DNA of 62,456 bases, from contig CAYRSA010000005.1 of NCBI GenBank assembly GCA_964426845.1, positions 52,478 to 114,933 of the forward strand, in the 5' to 3' direction. The notes under the pieces are model-generated. The model did not search any database. It saw only the letters and a list, made by a program, of their open reading frames with translations, and was not told where the DNA came from. Source of the DNA: an uncultured Candidatus Saccharibacteria bacterium (GTDB lineage: Bacteria > Patescibacteriota > Saccharimonadia > Saccharimonadales > JAGQNJ01). Below are positions 7,762 to 17,137 of this stretch, piece by piece. The position numbers and the translations under genes are program-made. Every line of letters begins with the position of its first letter. Position 1 is the first letter of the stretch.

Positions 7762-9366
7762 CTAACCTAGAACCCTCAGAACTTCCTCTAGAGTGGTCTG
7801 TCCGGAGCAAACCCGCAGGATGGCGTTTTGTTTCATGGTCATCATGCCACTTTTTATAGCAGCTTCCTCTATCTGTTCGGTGCTGGTGGCGGTGTTGCCC
7901 TTTTGCAGCAGTTCTAGAATCGGACCACTCATCAGGAATTGCTCGCGGACAGCAATCTGGCCTCGGAAACCGTAGGGGTTTTCGGCGGTTTTGCCAGCCT
8001 TGAAGAATTTAAACTCCTCCAGTTTTGGCGCCGGTACACTTTCCGGCAAAGTGGCCAGAACATCTTGAATCATCTTTAATTCGGCTCCGGTCGGGTCGTA
8101 TGGTTGTTTACTGGCGTCATCCAGCCGACGGACCAGTCGCTGAGCCATAACCAGCCGAATAGCCGAGGCAAACAGGGGGTTAGTACCAATAATATCCATC
8201 AGACGGGTCAGAGCCGCCGCTGCTGAGCTAGCGTGAAAAGTCGACAGCACCAGGTGGCCGGTTAGAGAGGCTTGCAGAGCTGTCTTAGCCGTATCCATGT
8301 CGCGGATCTCTCCAACCATCACCACGTCGGGGTCCAGGCGAAGCACGGCTCGCAATTTATCGGCGAAGTTCAGCTCCTGAGTATTATGCGAAGTCACCGA
8401 AATCTGAGTGATACCATCGAATTGGTACTCCACCGGGTCCTCAATGGTAATAATTTTGCGTTCTTCGGAGTTCAAGGTGTTGAGCATGGAGTACAGAGTA
8501 GTAGTTTTACCAGAACCGGTCGGCCCAACCGCCAACACCAAGCCAGATGGTTTAGCAATAATGTCATCAATAATTTTGCGCTCATCGGGCTCTAGCCCCA
8601 GTTTATCCAGCTGGTACATATCGGCTCGCATGTTGAATAAACGCATCACCACATCCATACCGCTAATGGTCGGCACCGTCTCCAGACGCAAGTTAACATC
8701 AACCTCACTATTGTCGGCCATTTTAACTTTTTGGGAAATGTGACCTTGCTGAGCATCATCAGCGGCCGTCGAGATATTTCCAGCGCTAGCAATCGCCGAT
8801 ATCAGGTGACGGGTTTTCTCGATCGTCAGCCGAGCAATCGGATGCAATACACCGTCGATGCGAAAGCGAATGCGGGTATAGCCCCTCTCGGACTCAATAT
8901 GAATGTCTGAAGCTGCCAAACGATGAGCCTGAGCCACCAAGTAGGCCAACATATCATCGGCTCGGACTTGCTCTAGGGTTCTCGACACTTCGTCCACCAG
9001 GTCAGCTGTGCCGGCGGTGGTCAGCTCGATGTCCTGATACACCACCTTTTTCGGCGGGTCATATAGCTGCATATACTCACGGAATCCGGCGTCAGAAATA
9101 AGCCCAAAGCTGATTCTCTGGTCCAAAAACCGCTGGCGAAGATTTGTCATGGCCATCTGAGACGTCATATTAGTCACCCCAAATTGAATGGTGTACTTGT
9201 CAGCCTGTACCGGGATGACTCTAAGTTTGTAGAGCTCCGGCACCGGCAATATGTCTTTATATATCTGTTTGTTACCGGGTGCAGAAGTGTCGATATACTG
9301 CAAACCCAGAATACTGGCTCGCTTCAGCGTAGCTTGCTCTTCATCGCGTCGTGCGTCCTGACTCAT
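7762..9366 (-). CDS. pilB: Type IV pilus / type II secretion assembly ATPase (GspE/PilB family)
   Basis: 534 aa with Walker A GPTGSGKTTTLYSML, Walker B/Asp box DPDVVMVGEIRD and His box SLTGHLVLSTFHA. Confidence 0.85.
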   Translation of the reverse strand: MSQDARRDEEQATLKRASILGLQYIDTSAPGNKQIYKDILPVPELYKLRVIPVQADKYTIQFGVTNMTSQMAMTNLRQRFLDQRISFGLISDAGFREYMQLYDPPKKVVYQDIELTTAGTADLVDEVSRTLEQVRADDMLAYLVAQAHRLAASDIHIESERGYTRIRFRIDGVLHPIARLTIEKTRHLISAIASAGNISTAADDAQQGHISQKVKMADNSEVDVNLRLETVPTISGMDVVMRLFNMRADMYQLDKLGLEPDERKIIDDIIAKPSGLVLAVGPTGSGKTTTLYSMLNTLNSEERKIITIEDPVEYQFDGITQISVTSHNTQELNFADKLRAVLRLDPDVVMVGEIRDMDTAKTALQASLTGHLVLSTFHASSAAAALTRLMDIIGTNPLFASAIRLVMAQRLVRRLDDASKQPYDPTGAELKMIQDVLATLPESVPAPKLEEFKFFKAGKTAENPYGFRGQIAVREQFLMSGPILELLQKGNTATSTEQIEEAAIKSGMMTMKQNAILRVCSGQTTLEEVLRVLG

Positions 9367-9468
9367 ACCCTACTGCCCGCCCTCAAGAATTTGCATGCCT
9401 CTATTTAACCATAAGCACCAGGGGGTTGGCTAGGTGTGGGATGTGGTTTTGTTTGTCCAAAGCTAATG

Positions 9469-9477
9469 TGGTATAAT
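9469..9477 (+). promoter_or_regulatory. Extended -10 box TGgTATAAT, 6 nt upstream of ATG 9484
   Basis: tggtataat, then atacat, then ATG. The ORF-track GTG at 9436 would lie upstream of the promoter. Confidence 0.55.
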
Positions 9478-9483
9478 ATACAT

Positions 9484-10344
9484 ATGATTGAAGTTGTTCC
9501 GACTTTCCAAGAAAGTGACTTAAGGCCTTTCTACCCTATTGATGGACCACGAACAGCTTGGATATTCAGCGTCTATGACCGCCCCGATATTTTGCTTAGA
9601 GATCTTGACCTTGCCTACCCACGCCCCCTGTTTACACCCGACGACCTGATGGAATTTGAAACTACCGAAGATGCCCGAGAGTTCCACGCCATGAAGACCG
9701 AGATAGGCTATTTGCAAGACCTTGGTATTCCTGCCCCTCGCTTCGGCCTGGCAACCACTGAAAAACGGCTCTTATTACAGGTGGAGTTGGTTAAGGGCCT
9801 AGACCCCTGCGAGCTAATCGGCACTCCAGAAGCTCATGCTGTCGACGGTATGATTGAGGCTTTAGAGCCGATGTACAACGGCCTAATATCATATCTGGAG
9901 TCCAAATACGTTGGCGGCGGACCATTGCTAGCCGATATTTACGGCCTCAATCAATACGTTTTTGAACCCCCGCAGGAGGACTCGCCAGGACAAATGAAAT
10001 TAGTAGATCTAGACTTTTATCTGGCTGGATACAGAGATGGTTCTGAAGACATTCCGGCTGTGATAGCTCATCATCTTGGTGGTCTAACACTAGATATAAT
10101 TGATGTTCATAGGCACCTAGACCGCCCTTATGGCGACCTGTGGGACCGGGCTACAACCCTCGGTCAAGTTATCAGTACCGACACGCCTGTGGCTGAGAAA
10201 TTTTTAGATGCGGCTCACCAGGCCCGCTACGGCGACTTCGATGCCCTATATAACTTTCACATCGCCGAGGAGGATGAGACCTTTAGGTCATTCTATCCGC
10301 ACACTGTTAAAAAAGCCCGGCCAACTGAAGTAGTAACGGCTTAA
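9484..10344 (+). CDS. Hypothetical protein with kinase-like motifs
   Basis: 286 aa from ATG 9484. LLADIYGLNQYVF (DxxxxN) is followed 17 aa later by KLVDLDFY (DxD), which resembles the APH/choline-kinase catalytic and metal-binding loops. I recognise no other family signature. Confidence 0.55.
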   Translation: MIEVVPTFQESDLRPFYPIDGPRTAWIFSVYDRPDILLRDLDLAYPRPLFTPDDLMEFETTEDAREFHAMKTEIGYLQDLGIPAPRFGLATTEKRLLLQVELVKGLDPCELIGTPEAHAVDGMIEALEPMYNGLISYLESKYVGGGPLLADIYGLNQYVFEPPQEDSPGQMKLVDLDFYLAGYRDGSEDIPAVIAHHLGGLTLDIIDVHRHLDRPYGDLWDRATTLGQVISTDTPVAEKFLDAAHQARYGDFDALYNFHIAEEDETFRSFYPHTVKKARPTEVVTA

Positions 10345-10382
10345 GACTTGGTAGCCAAGCCCGCTTAAGCGATAATAAGCCC

Positions 10383-10883
10383 ATGCGAGAAATTGTAATA
10401 ATCGCCCACGATATGCGCAGCACCCACAATGTCGGCTCGCTACTGCGGACCGCCGATGGCTTCGGCGCTAAGGTGTATCTGACCGGCTACACCCCCTATC
10501 CGGAACTTAAAGACGACGGCCGTTTGCCTCACTTGTCAGCTAAACTGACCAGGCAGATTCATAAAACGGCCCTGGGGGCCGAGGCTAATCGCAAACTTTG
10601 GCAACATCGCGAAAACTTAGAGGAACTATTGGAGGACTTGAAGGACCAGGAATTCGAAATTGTAGCCCTTGAGCAAGACGAATACTCCATACCCCTGCCT
10701 GATTACTTGGCGCCGGAAAAAGTAGCCATTCTACTGGGACGCGAAGTCGAGGGCATAGAACCAGAACTCCTGAAACTTTGCGATAAAATCGTAGAAATCC
10801 CGATGCGCGGCAAGAAGGAATCGTTCAATGTCGTCGAAGCCGCCACGGCAGCACTTTACCATTGCCGTTTTGGCCGTGATTAG
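10383..10883 (+). CDS. SpoU/TrmH family RNA 2'-O-methyltransferase
   Basis: 166 aa with HNVGSLLRTADGFG, LLGREVEGI and IPMRGKKESFNVVEAATAALY. GATAAT lies 6 nt upstream of the ATG. Confidence 0.85.
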   Translation: MREIVIIAHDMRSTHNVGSLLRTADGFGAKVYLTGYTPYPELKDDGRLPHLSAKLTRQIHKTALGAEANRKLWQHRENLEELLEDLKDQEFEIVALEQDEYSIPLPDYLAPEKVAILLGREVEGIEPELLKLCDKIVEIPMRGKKESFNVVEAATAALYHCRFGRD

Positions 10884-10898
10884 TATATAATTAAGCTT

Positions 10899-11849
10899 AT
10901 GCCTACCCATCGCGGGGCAAGAACGAGAAAACACTCGAAAAACAGAAACACCGACCACAAAACGAGAAACCACTCGAACCTACGCCCAAAGAACCATCAC
11001 AGCAAAGACTATCTTAAGGTCTACTACCCCTACCTGCCTCTGGTGTTGGTAACTTTGTTAATACTGTCTATTCTACAACCTTGGCAAAAATTACTAGTCA
11101 CGGATCGCGATGTCCTGCCCTATGCCACCCAGATGAGTATCGACGGTCTAGTCCAAGAGACTAACGAGCGGCGCACGGCTCAAGCTCAAAAACCCTTAGC
11201 CCTAAATGCTCAGTTGACCAAGGCCGCCCAGATTAAGGCTCAGGACATGGTTGAGCGAGATTACTGGTCGCATAACACGCCTGACGGCAATGCTCCGTGG
11301 GAGTTTGTGAATAATGCCGGCTATTCATACGCTAAGGCTGGCGAAAATCTAGCCTATGGATTTACTGATGAAGACGATGTAGTCGGCGGCTGGATGAACA
11401 GCCCCACCCACCGAGCTAATATGCTGGATGCCAATTACCAAGAAGTCGGCTTTGGCTTCGCTGAGAGCCCTGATTATGTCGATAGCGGCCCCTCAACCAT
11501 AGTAGTGGCCATGTACGGACAACCTTCTGGTGCAGCTCCGGCGACCACTAGCCCTAGTTCTGATCAGTCCGCTGGCTATAACACTCTGGGTCTAGCCGCC
11601 GAGCCCAGTGACACTGGTATTAATCGCATTCAAGCCCTGGCCAATGTACCTTTCTGGGTCAATTACGTGGTTGCCGGACTGGTCGGCGCCTTGATTATGT
11701 ATCTGTTATTCAAGCATGGCCGGGCTATCAAAAGAACCGTCAAGAACGGCGAAAAATTTGCAATGCAACACCCCCTGCTGGATGTAACTCTCGTGTCTTT
11801 AATTGTTCTAGGTATCCTGATCAGCCAGCAAACCGGCATCATCCGCTGA
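10899..11849 (+). CDS. CAP/SCP (YkwD-like) domain membrane-anchored protein
   Basis: 316 aa with AQDMVERDYWSHNTPDGNAPWEFV, GENLAYGF and GWMNSPTHRANML. It has an unusually basic His/Arg/Lys/Asn-rich N-terminal ~45 aa and hydrophobic segments after the N-terminus and at the C-terminus. TATAAT lies 7 nt upstream of the ATG. Confidence 0.8.
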   Translation: MPTHRGARTRKHSKNRNTDHKTRNHSNLRPKNHHSKDYLKVYYPYLPLVLVTLLILSILQPWQKLLVTDRDVLPYATQMSIDGLVQETNERRTAQAQKPLALNAQLTKAAQIKAQDMVERDYWSHNTPDGNAPWEFVNNAGYSYAKAGENLAYGFTDEDDVVGGWMNSPTHRANMLDANYQEVGFGFAESPDYVDSGPSTIVVAMYGQPSGAAPATTSPSSDQSAGYNTLGLAAEPSDTGINRIQALANVPFWVNYVVAGLVGALIMYLLFKHGRAIKRTVKNGEKFAMQHPLLDVTLVSLIVLGILISQQTGIIR

Positions 11850-11864
11850 GCCACTAGCCAGACC

Positions 11865-14800
11865 CTACTGCAGCTTCAGGTTCTCAGAGCCGACCAGGGC
11901 CACGACCTTGTCGATAGATTCGGCACCAGAGTCGACCCGGGCTGGCAGTCTAATCACCTGCTTCTCGTCGCCGACCACCAAGACTACCTCTGTCTCGCCG
12001 CGATTATTTTCGATAACTTTCTTAAGATCCATCAACATTTCTTGATCTTTAGAGTCAGCCAAGCGTATGTACATCCGTGCAGCCTCGGAAGTCGCCGGCG
12101 CCGACTTCATTGGCACTTTTTTGCCGACTTTAGGTTTCTTGGGCTTGCGCCCGGTGGCCTGATACGCGGCGGCTTGTTCGTGGGTAACTTCTCGGGCCTC
12201 ATCGGCTAAAATCTTAACTTCTGATGCTATATTGCCGTCTTTGTCCTTGGCCGACACCTTGCCTTTGACGATGACTATATGGTCGGGCTCCCAAATACCG
12301 ACAGTTTGCTGATATATGCTTGGGAATAGAACCACTTCCATCTCGTGTCGATCATCGCTAAGGCCCACAAATGCCATTTTTTGACCACTTTTGGTAGTGA
12401 TTTCCCGAAAAGTCGTGATCATACCGCCCACGGTAGCCGCCTTATTGTGATGATCAGCCGTCAACTCGCCTAGCGGTACGGTTTGCTCGGATAAGAGGGC
12501 CTGGAAAGCCTCTAAGGGGTGGTGCGACAAGTAAACACCTAGTAGTTCGCGCTCCCACTGTAATTGTTCGCGCTGAGGAATAGCTGTCGCCGTATCGTCG
12601 AGTCGCAGGGCCGGCTTGGAGTGGTGCGACAGGCCATCGACAGTGCCGAACAGGTCAGCCTGGCCGGATAGCTCGTCTTTGTGCAGCTTGCTACCAAAAG
12701 CCACCAACACGTCGACATTGGCTAACAGACGGGCTCGGGTTTCAAGGCTATCGAAAGCGCCAGCCTTGATTAGAGCTTCGGTAGTCTTACGATTGGCAAT
12801 GCGCGGATTGACATAGGTGAAGAATTCTTCCAGAGTTTTAAAGCCACCGGCCTCCTCGCGGGCCCGAACGATCTCCTCGGCTGCTGCCGTGCCGACATTC
12901 TTGATGGCGTTGAGGCCAAAACGGATGGCTTTTTTCGAGGGCACCACAGCAAACTCCAGGAATGACTCATTCACATCAGGCGGTAACACTGTCACACCCA
13001 TGTTCTGGCACTCTTTAATCTCAATAGCCAAGCGGTCGGTATCGTCGTAGTCACTGGTCATGACCGCCGCCATAAAGGCATCCGGGTAGTGGGCCTTCAA
13101 ATAAGCTGTCTGGTAGGCGATTAGTCCATAACAAGCAGCATGTGACTTATTGAAACAGTAGTTAGCGAACTCTTCCAATTGATCCCAGAATTTCTCCATC
13201 AGGGCTCGGTCAGCGTTGGAGTGCTTAATAGCGCCCTCCACAAATTCCGGTTTAACCTTCTGCATCATGCTCATAATCTTCTTACCAACAGCTTTCCTGA
13301 GGGTGTCAGCCTGACCGCCCGTAAAGCCGGCTAGATCTTTAGAAATTTGCATAAACTGCTCTTGATAGACTAGAACGCCGTAAGTGCTAGCCAGAGCGTT
13401 CTCCATCTTAGGGTGCAAGTATTCAATCTGTTCTTGGCCATGTTTACGGCGAATAAACTGGTCGATAAACTGCATCGGCCCAGGCCGGTACAAGGCTACC
13501 ATGGCGATGATATCCTCGAAGACTGTCGGTTTGAGTTCTTTAAGATAGCGTTTCATACCAGCCGATTCCAGCTGGAACACCCCGGTAGTGTCGCCACGCT
13601 GAAATAGTTCGTAAGTTTTAACGTCATCCAGCGGGATCGAAGCAATATCAATATCCTCCCCGTAGACTTTCTTGATAATTCTGAGGGCGTTTTTGATAAT
13701 CGTCAGGTTTGACAGCCCCAGAAAGTCCATCTTGAGTAGGCCCAGTTCCTCCACCGGTCCCATCGAATACTGGGTTGAAACCACGCCCTTTTGAGCCATT
13801 TCCAGCGGCGCAAACTTAACGATGTCATCCGGGGCAATTACCACCCCGGCCGCATGAACGCCATGCGACCTAATAGTCCCTTCCAAGCGAATTGCCAAGT
13901 CAAACACCCGCGCCGATTGTTCGTTGGTCTCATATTCGCGTTTGAGTTCAGCATCCTTTTTCAAAGAGGTGGCCAGTGGGATGTGGCGGCCCTGAACCGG
14001 TGGCGGGATCATCTTGGCCAAGCGGTCCGCGTCGGCATAGGGCACCTGCAAAACCCGAGCCACATCCCGCACGGCGTTGCGCGCCGCCATCGTGCCGAAA
14101 GTCACGATGTTGGCCACCCGGTCGGTGCCGTATTTCTCGACACAGTATTGGATGACTTCGTCGCGGCGTGTGTCTTGGATGTCGATGTCAATATCGGGCA
14201 TAGATATACGATCGGGGTTCAAGAAGCGCTCGAACAGCAAGTCATATTTAATGGGGTCCAGCTCGGTGATTTTCAAAGAATAGGAAATAATCGAGCCAGC
14301 CGCCGAGCCCCGCCCCGGTCCAAAGACGATGCCGTTGTCTTTACCCCAGTTAATAAAATCCGAAATGATTAAAAAATAGCCACTGAAGCCCATGTTTTCA
14401 ATGACTTCAAGCTCGTATTTGGCCCTTTCCAGCATCTCCTTGTTTAAAGTTTTCTTAGCCTGTTCGATAGTTAATTTAGCAGCTGCCGCCTCAGTTTTGC
14501 CCCCATAACGCCAGGCCAAACCCTGGTAAACTTCTTTTTCCAGCACCGAGCGCTCGGTTTCACCCTTGGGCACCGGAAATTTGGGGATCAAAATCTTGCC
14601 CAGCTCTATATTGACAGCGCAACGTTCAGCAATGGCCGCGGTGTTCTTAATCACCTCAGGATGATCCTCGCCCCATCGGTCGATAATGACTTTAGGGTCT
14701 TCGACATGCAGGTCAAACTCCGCCAGGCTCATGCGTTTCTCATCAGACAAGAACGAGCCAGTTTGCACGCACAGTAAAATCTCGTGAGCCTCTTTGTCAT

Positions 14801-15476
14801 CATGATGCAAATAGTGAGCATCGCTAGTTAGAACAACTTCGATTTCCAATTCTTTGGCTAACTTAAAGATCTGTTTATTGACCTCGACTTGTTGCTTCCA
14901 CTTATCTGGATGCTGGGGGTGGCCGTGGTCCTGGACCTCCAGGTAATAACGATCACCAAACACCGACTTATACCACTCTGCGGTTTTTTTAGCCTTAGCA
15001 TACTGGCCCTCGCGCAGAGCATCGCCGACCTCGCCGCCGATACAACCAGACAAGATAATTAGACCTTCATTATATTTCTCTAGCAGTGCGTGGTCGACCC
15101 GGGGCTTATAGTAAAAACCATCCAGGTTGGCGATAGTGCTCAGACGCATCAGGTTTTGATAACCTTGATTGTTCATAGCTAGAATTATTAGATGATTATT
15201 AAACTTGTCATGAGCCGGATCCTTATCCAAGTGCCCGCGCATGGCCACATAAGTCTCCATGCCAATGATCGGTTTAATCTCATTGTTGTAAGCGTTCTTA
15301 TAAAACTCGATGGCCCCAGACAGGGTGCCGTGATCGGTTATAGCCACCGACTCCATACCGTAAGCCTTAATCTGATCCATCAGAGCCGGGATCTTAGTCA
15401 AGCCATCCAGCAAGCTATACTGAGTGTGGTTGTGTAGATGAACAAAATCCGAGACCGACAAAGAATGCTTAGCCAT
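11865..15476 (-). CDS. dnaE: DNA polymerase III alpha subunit
   Basis: 1203 aa with the PHP motif HLHNHTQYSLLDG. Its length and architecture are typical of DnaE. Confidence 0.95.
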   Translation of the reverse strand: MAKHSLSVSDFVHLHNHTQYSLLDGLTKIPALMDQIKAYGMESVAITDHGTLSGAIEFYKNAYNNEIKPIIGMETYVAMRGHLDKDPAHDKFNNHLIILAMNNQGYQNLMRLSTIANLDGFYYKPRVDHALLEKYNEGLIILSGCIGGEVGDALREGQYAKAKKTAEWYKSVFGDRYYLEVQDHGHPQHPDKWKQQVEVNKQIFKLAKELEIEVVLTSDAHYLHHDDKEAHEILLCVQTGSFLSDEKRMSLAEFDLHVEDPKVIIDRWGEDHPEVIKNTAAIAERCAVNIELGKILIPKFPVPKGETERSVLEKEVYQGLAWRYGGKTEAAAAKLTIEQAKKTLNKEMLERAKYELEVIENMGFSGYFLIISDFINWGKDNGIVFGPGRGSAAGSIISYSLKITELDPIKYDLLFERFLNPDRISMPDIDIDIQDTRRDEVIQYCVEKYGTDRVANIVTFGTMAARNAVRDVARVLQVPYADADRLAKMIPPPVQGRHIPLATSLKKDAELKREYETNEQSARVFDLAIRLEGTIRSHGVHAAGVVIAPDDIVKFAPLEMAQKGVVSTQYSMGPVEELGLLKMDFLGLSNLTIIKNALRIIKKVYGEDIDIASIPLDDVKTYELFQRGDTTGVFQLESAGMKRYLKELKPTVFEDIIAMVALYRPGPMQFIDQFIRRKHGQEQIEYLHPKMENALASTYGVLVYQEQFMQISKDLAGFTGGQADTLRKAVGKKIMSMMQKVKPEFVEGAIKHSNADRALMEKFWDQLEEFANYCFNKSHAACYGLIAYQTAYLKAHYPDAFMAAVMTSDYDDTDRLAIEIKECQNMGVTVLPPDVNESFLEFAVVPSKKAIRFGLNAIKNVGTAAAEEIVRAREEAGGFKTLEEFFTYVNPRIANRKTTEALIKAGAFDSLETRARLLANVDVLVAFGSKLHKDELSGQADLFGTVDGLSHHSKPALRLDDTATAIPQREQLQWERELLGVYLSHHPLEAFQALLSEQTVPLGELTADHHNKAATVGGMITTFREITTKSGQKMAFVGLSDDRHEMEVVLFPSIYQQTVGIWEPDHIVIVKGKVSAKDKDGNIASEVKILADEAREVTHEQAAAYQATGRKPKKPKVGKKVPMKSAPATSEAARMYIRLADSKDQEMLMDLKKVIENNRGETEVVLVVGDEKQVIRLPARVDSGAESIDKVVALVGSENLKLQ

Positions 15477-15482
15477 ACCCCT

Positions 15483-15488
15483 ATTATA
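15483..15488 (-). promoter_or_regulatory. -10 box TATAAT, 6 nt upstream of the dnaE ATG
   Basis: The minus strand reads gggTATAATaggggtATG. AGGGG is only 1 nt from the ATG, so it is unlikely to act as an SD. Confidence 0.5.
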
Positions 15489-15569
15489 CCCGCTTTGGCA
15501 CCCCTGAATTTGTCGTATTATTTACGCATAAAGGGTTTTTACTAATTGCGACAGCGACTAAAGGCGTAG

Positions 15570-15980
15570 CTATTTCTTAAAATACTTCACAAGCTCGTCT
15601 CGAGCCTTCTTGGCCTCGGCGATAGCCTTCTTTAATTCTGGTTCGTCAGTTTCACCACTTTTCAGAGCACTAATCACTACTTTAACCTTTTGTTGAGCTT
15701 CCTGAGCACGGACTAGGGCGACATCTAGGCCAGCCTTAGCCTTGCCGCCTTGTTCTTTGGCAAGTTTTTGACCCTTGCTAATTAAATCTGTTAGCTCGGC
15801 AGATAATTCTTTAAGTTTTTTCTCGGCTTCGCGTTTGACGTTGTTGGCGGTTTTCTTGATGTCTTGACGAGTTTCTTTGCCACTTTTAGGAGCCGTCAAA
15901 ATGCCCGCTAGAAAGCCGGCAACGCCAGCCACTGCTGCGCCGATTGCAATTTTCTTACCTGTGTTATTGTCTTTAGCCAT
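15570..15980 (-). CDS. YtxH-like general stress protein
   Basis: 136 aa. The N-terminal segment GAAVAGVAGFLAGILTAPKSGKETRQDIKK is followed by Lys/Glu/Ala-rich helices. Confidence 0.75.
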   Translation of the reverse strand: MAKDNNTGKKIAIGAAVAGVAGFLAGILTAPKSGKETRQDIKKTANNVKREAEKKLKELSAELTDLISKGQKLAKEQGGKAKAGLDVALVRAQEAQQKVKVVISALKSGETDEPELKKAIAEAKKARDELVKYFKK

Positions 15981-15982
15981 GG

Positions 15983-16243
15983 TTATTTCCCTTTCTTATT
16001 ACTAAGATCTGCAACTTTACTAACAATATTACTAATCATACTGGTGACGGCTACCGGACCAGCTGATTTTCGGAAAAAGCCGCTTACCGCTTCAACATCA
16101 TCAACGATCTCTTCGGCTTTTGAACTAATTACCTGCAGCTGCTTGACTAGTCTAATAAGAGCGACCACGAACACAATCGACACGATTAGCAAGATAGCTA
16201 AGGCGATTGATAAAACTATGACTAAAATATCGTATGAATCCAT
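15983..16243 (-). CDS. DUF948-like small membrane protein
   Basis: 86 aa with an N-terminal TM (ILVIVLSIALAILLIVSIVFVVALI) followed by a helical region. It lies 2 nt upstream of the YtxH-like gene. TAGAAT, which overlaps the galU stop codon, lies 6 nt upstream of the ATG. Confidence 0.65.
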   Translation of the reverse strand: MDSYDILVIVLSIALAILLIVSIVFVVALIRLVKQLQVISSKAEEIVDDVEAVSGFFRKSAGPVAVTSMISNIVSKVADLSNKKGK

Positions 16244-16252
16244 AGCTTTATT

Positions 16253-17137
16253 CTACTCTTCTTTGAGGCGCTTCTCAAGGTACAGACGAAATTCTGGCCC
16301 AATTTTTCGGTGAACCAGCGCCGTGTCAGTCAGTGCTTGTAAGTATTTTAACTTGTCCCCTGTATCGTGATAAACACCCTCAATTCTGCAACAATACACC
16401 GCATCCTGGAGAGCTAACTTATTAATGGCTTCAGGTAACTCGATTTCGCCGCGCTCACTTACTGTAGCTTTTTCCAACAAGGGCATGATGTCCGGCGTCA
16501 GCAGATAACCGCCTACAGAAGCTACCGTAGATGGAGTTTTGTCAGCGCCAGGTTTTTCAACTAACTGTTTTACGCGGTGTACGCGAGGGCGTAGCTCTTC
16601 ACCCAGTTCTACCATGCCGTAATTTTCAGCTTCTTCTTTTAGGACTTCAATAGTGGAGATGACCGACTTGCCGGTCCTTTCATAGACTTCGAGTAGCTGC
16701 TTAGCTCTGGGGACCTTCGAACGAAAAAAATCATCAGCGAAGAACACAAAGAACGGCTCGTCATTAAGCAAATGGGCAGCGTTAAGAACTGGCAGGGCAT
16801 TACCGCGCGGCTCGCCCTTTTGTCGCAGATAAACAAAGTTAGCCAACTCAGCAATAGCTTTAATCTCGGCAGCTTTGTCGGCCTTGTCGTTGGCTAGCAG
16901 TTCGGCTTCAAGTTCCACGGCTCGGTCAAAGTGATCCTCAATAGCCCGTTTGGTGCTTCCGGTTACGATAATAATATCGGTAACCCCGGCGGCTACGGCT
17001 TCTTCAACGATTAACTGGATTACCGGCTTGTCGATAATCGGTAGCATCTCCTTGGGCATAGCTTTAGTTTGAGGCAGAAATCTGGTCCCTAATCCGGCCG
17101 CGGCAATTACGGCTTTGCGGACGGGCTTCTGAATCAT
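16253..17137 (-). CDS. galU: UTP--glucose-1-phosphate uridylyltransferase
   Basis: 294 aa with AVIAAAGLGTRFLPQTKAMPKEMLPIIDKPVIQ. It overlaps gatB by 4 nt. Confidence 0.9.
   Translation of the reverse strand: MIQKPVRKAVIAAAGLGTRFLPQTKAMPKEMLPIIDKPVIQLIVEEAVAAGVTDIIIVTGSTKRAIEDHFDRAVELEAELLANDKADKAAEIKAIAELANFVYLRQKGEPRGNALPVLNAAHLLNDEPFFVFFADDFFRSKVPRAKQLLEVYERTGKSVISTIEVLKEEAENYGMVELGEELRPRVHRVKQLVEKPGADKTPSTVASVGGYLLTPDIMPLLEKATVSERGEIELPEAINKLALQDAVYCCRIEGVYHDTGDKLKYLQALTDTALVHRKIGPEFRLYLEKRLKEE

Noticed and set aside
11847-11849. Possible alternative genetic code (UGA recoding, as in some candidate phyla)
   Set aside because: TGA terminates well-defined genes at the expected protein ends, for example the CAP-domain gene. 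No conserved gene needs read-through, so code 11 fits throughout.
13791-14372. 193-aa plus-strand ORF antisense to dnaE. Similar long antisense ORFs lie at 6536-7051, 23326-23823, 25246-25719, 27235-27888, 34609-35130, 44590-45027 and 57363-57905.
   Set aside because: Each lies wholly inside a longer opposite-strand gene with strong family motifs. None has a recognisable motif or start signal. They are typical shadow ORFs.
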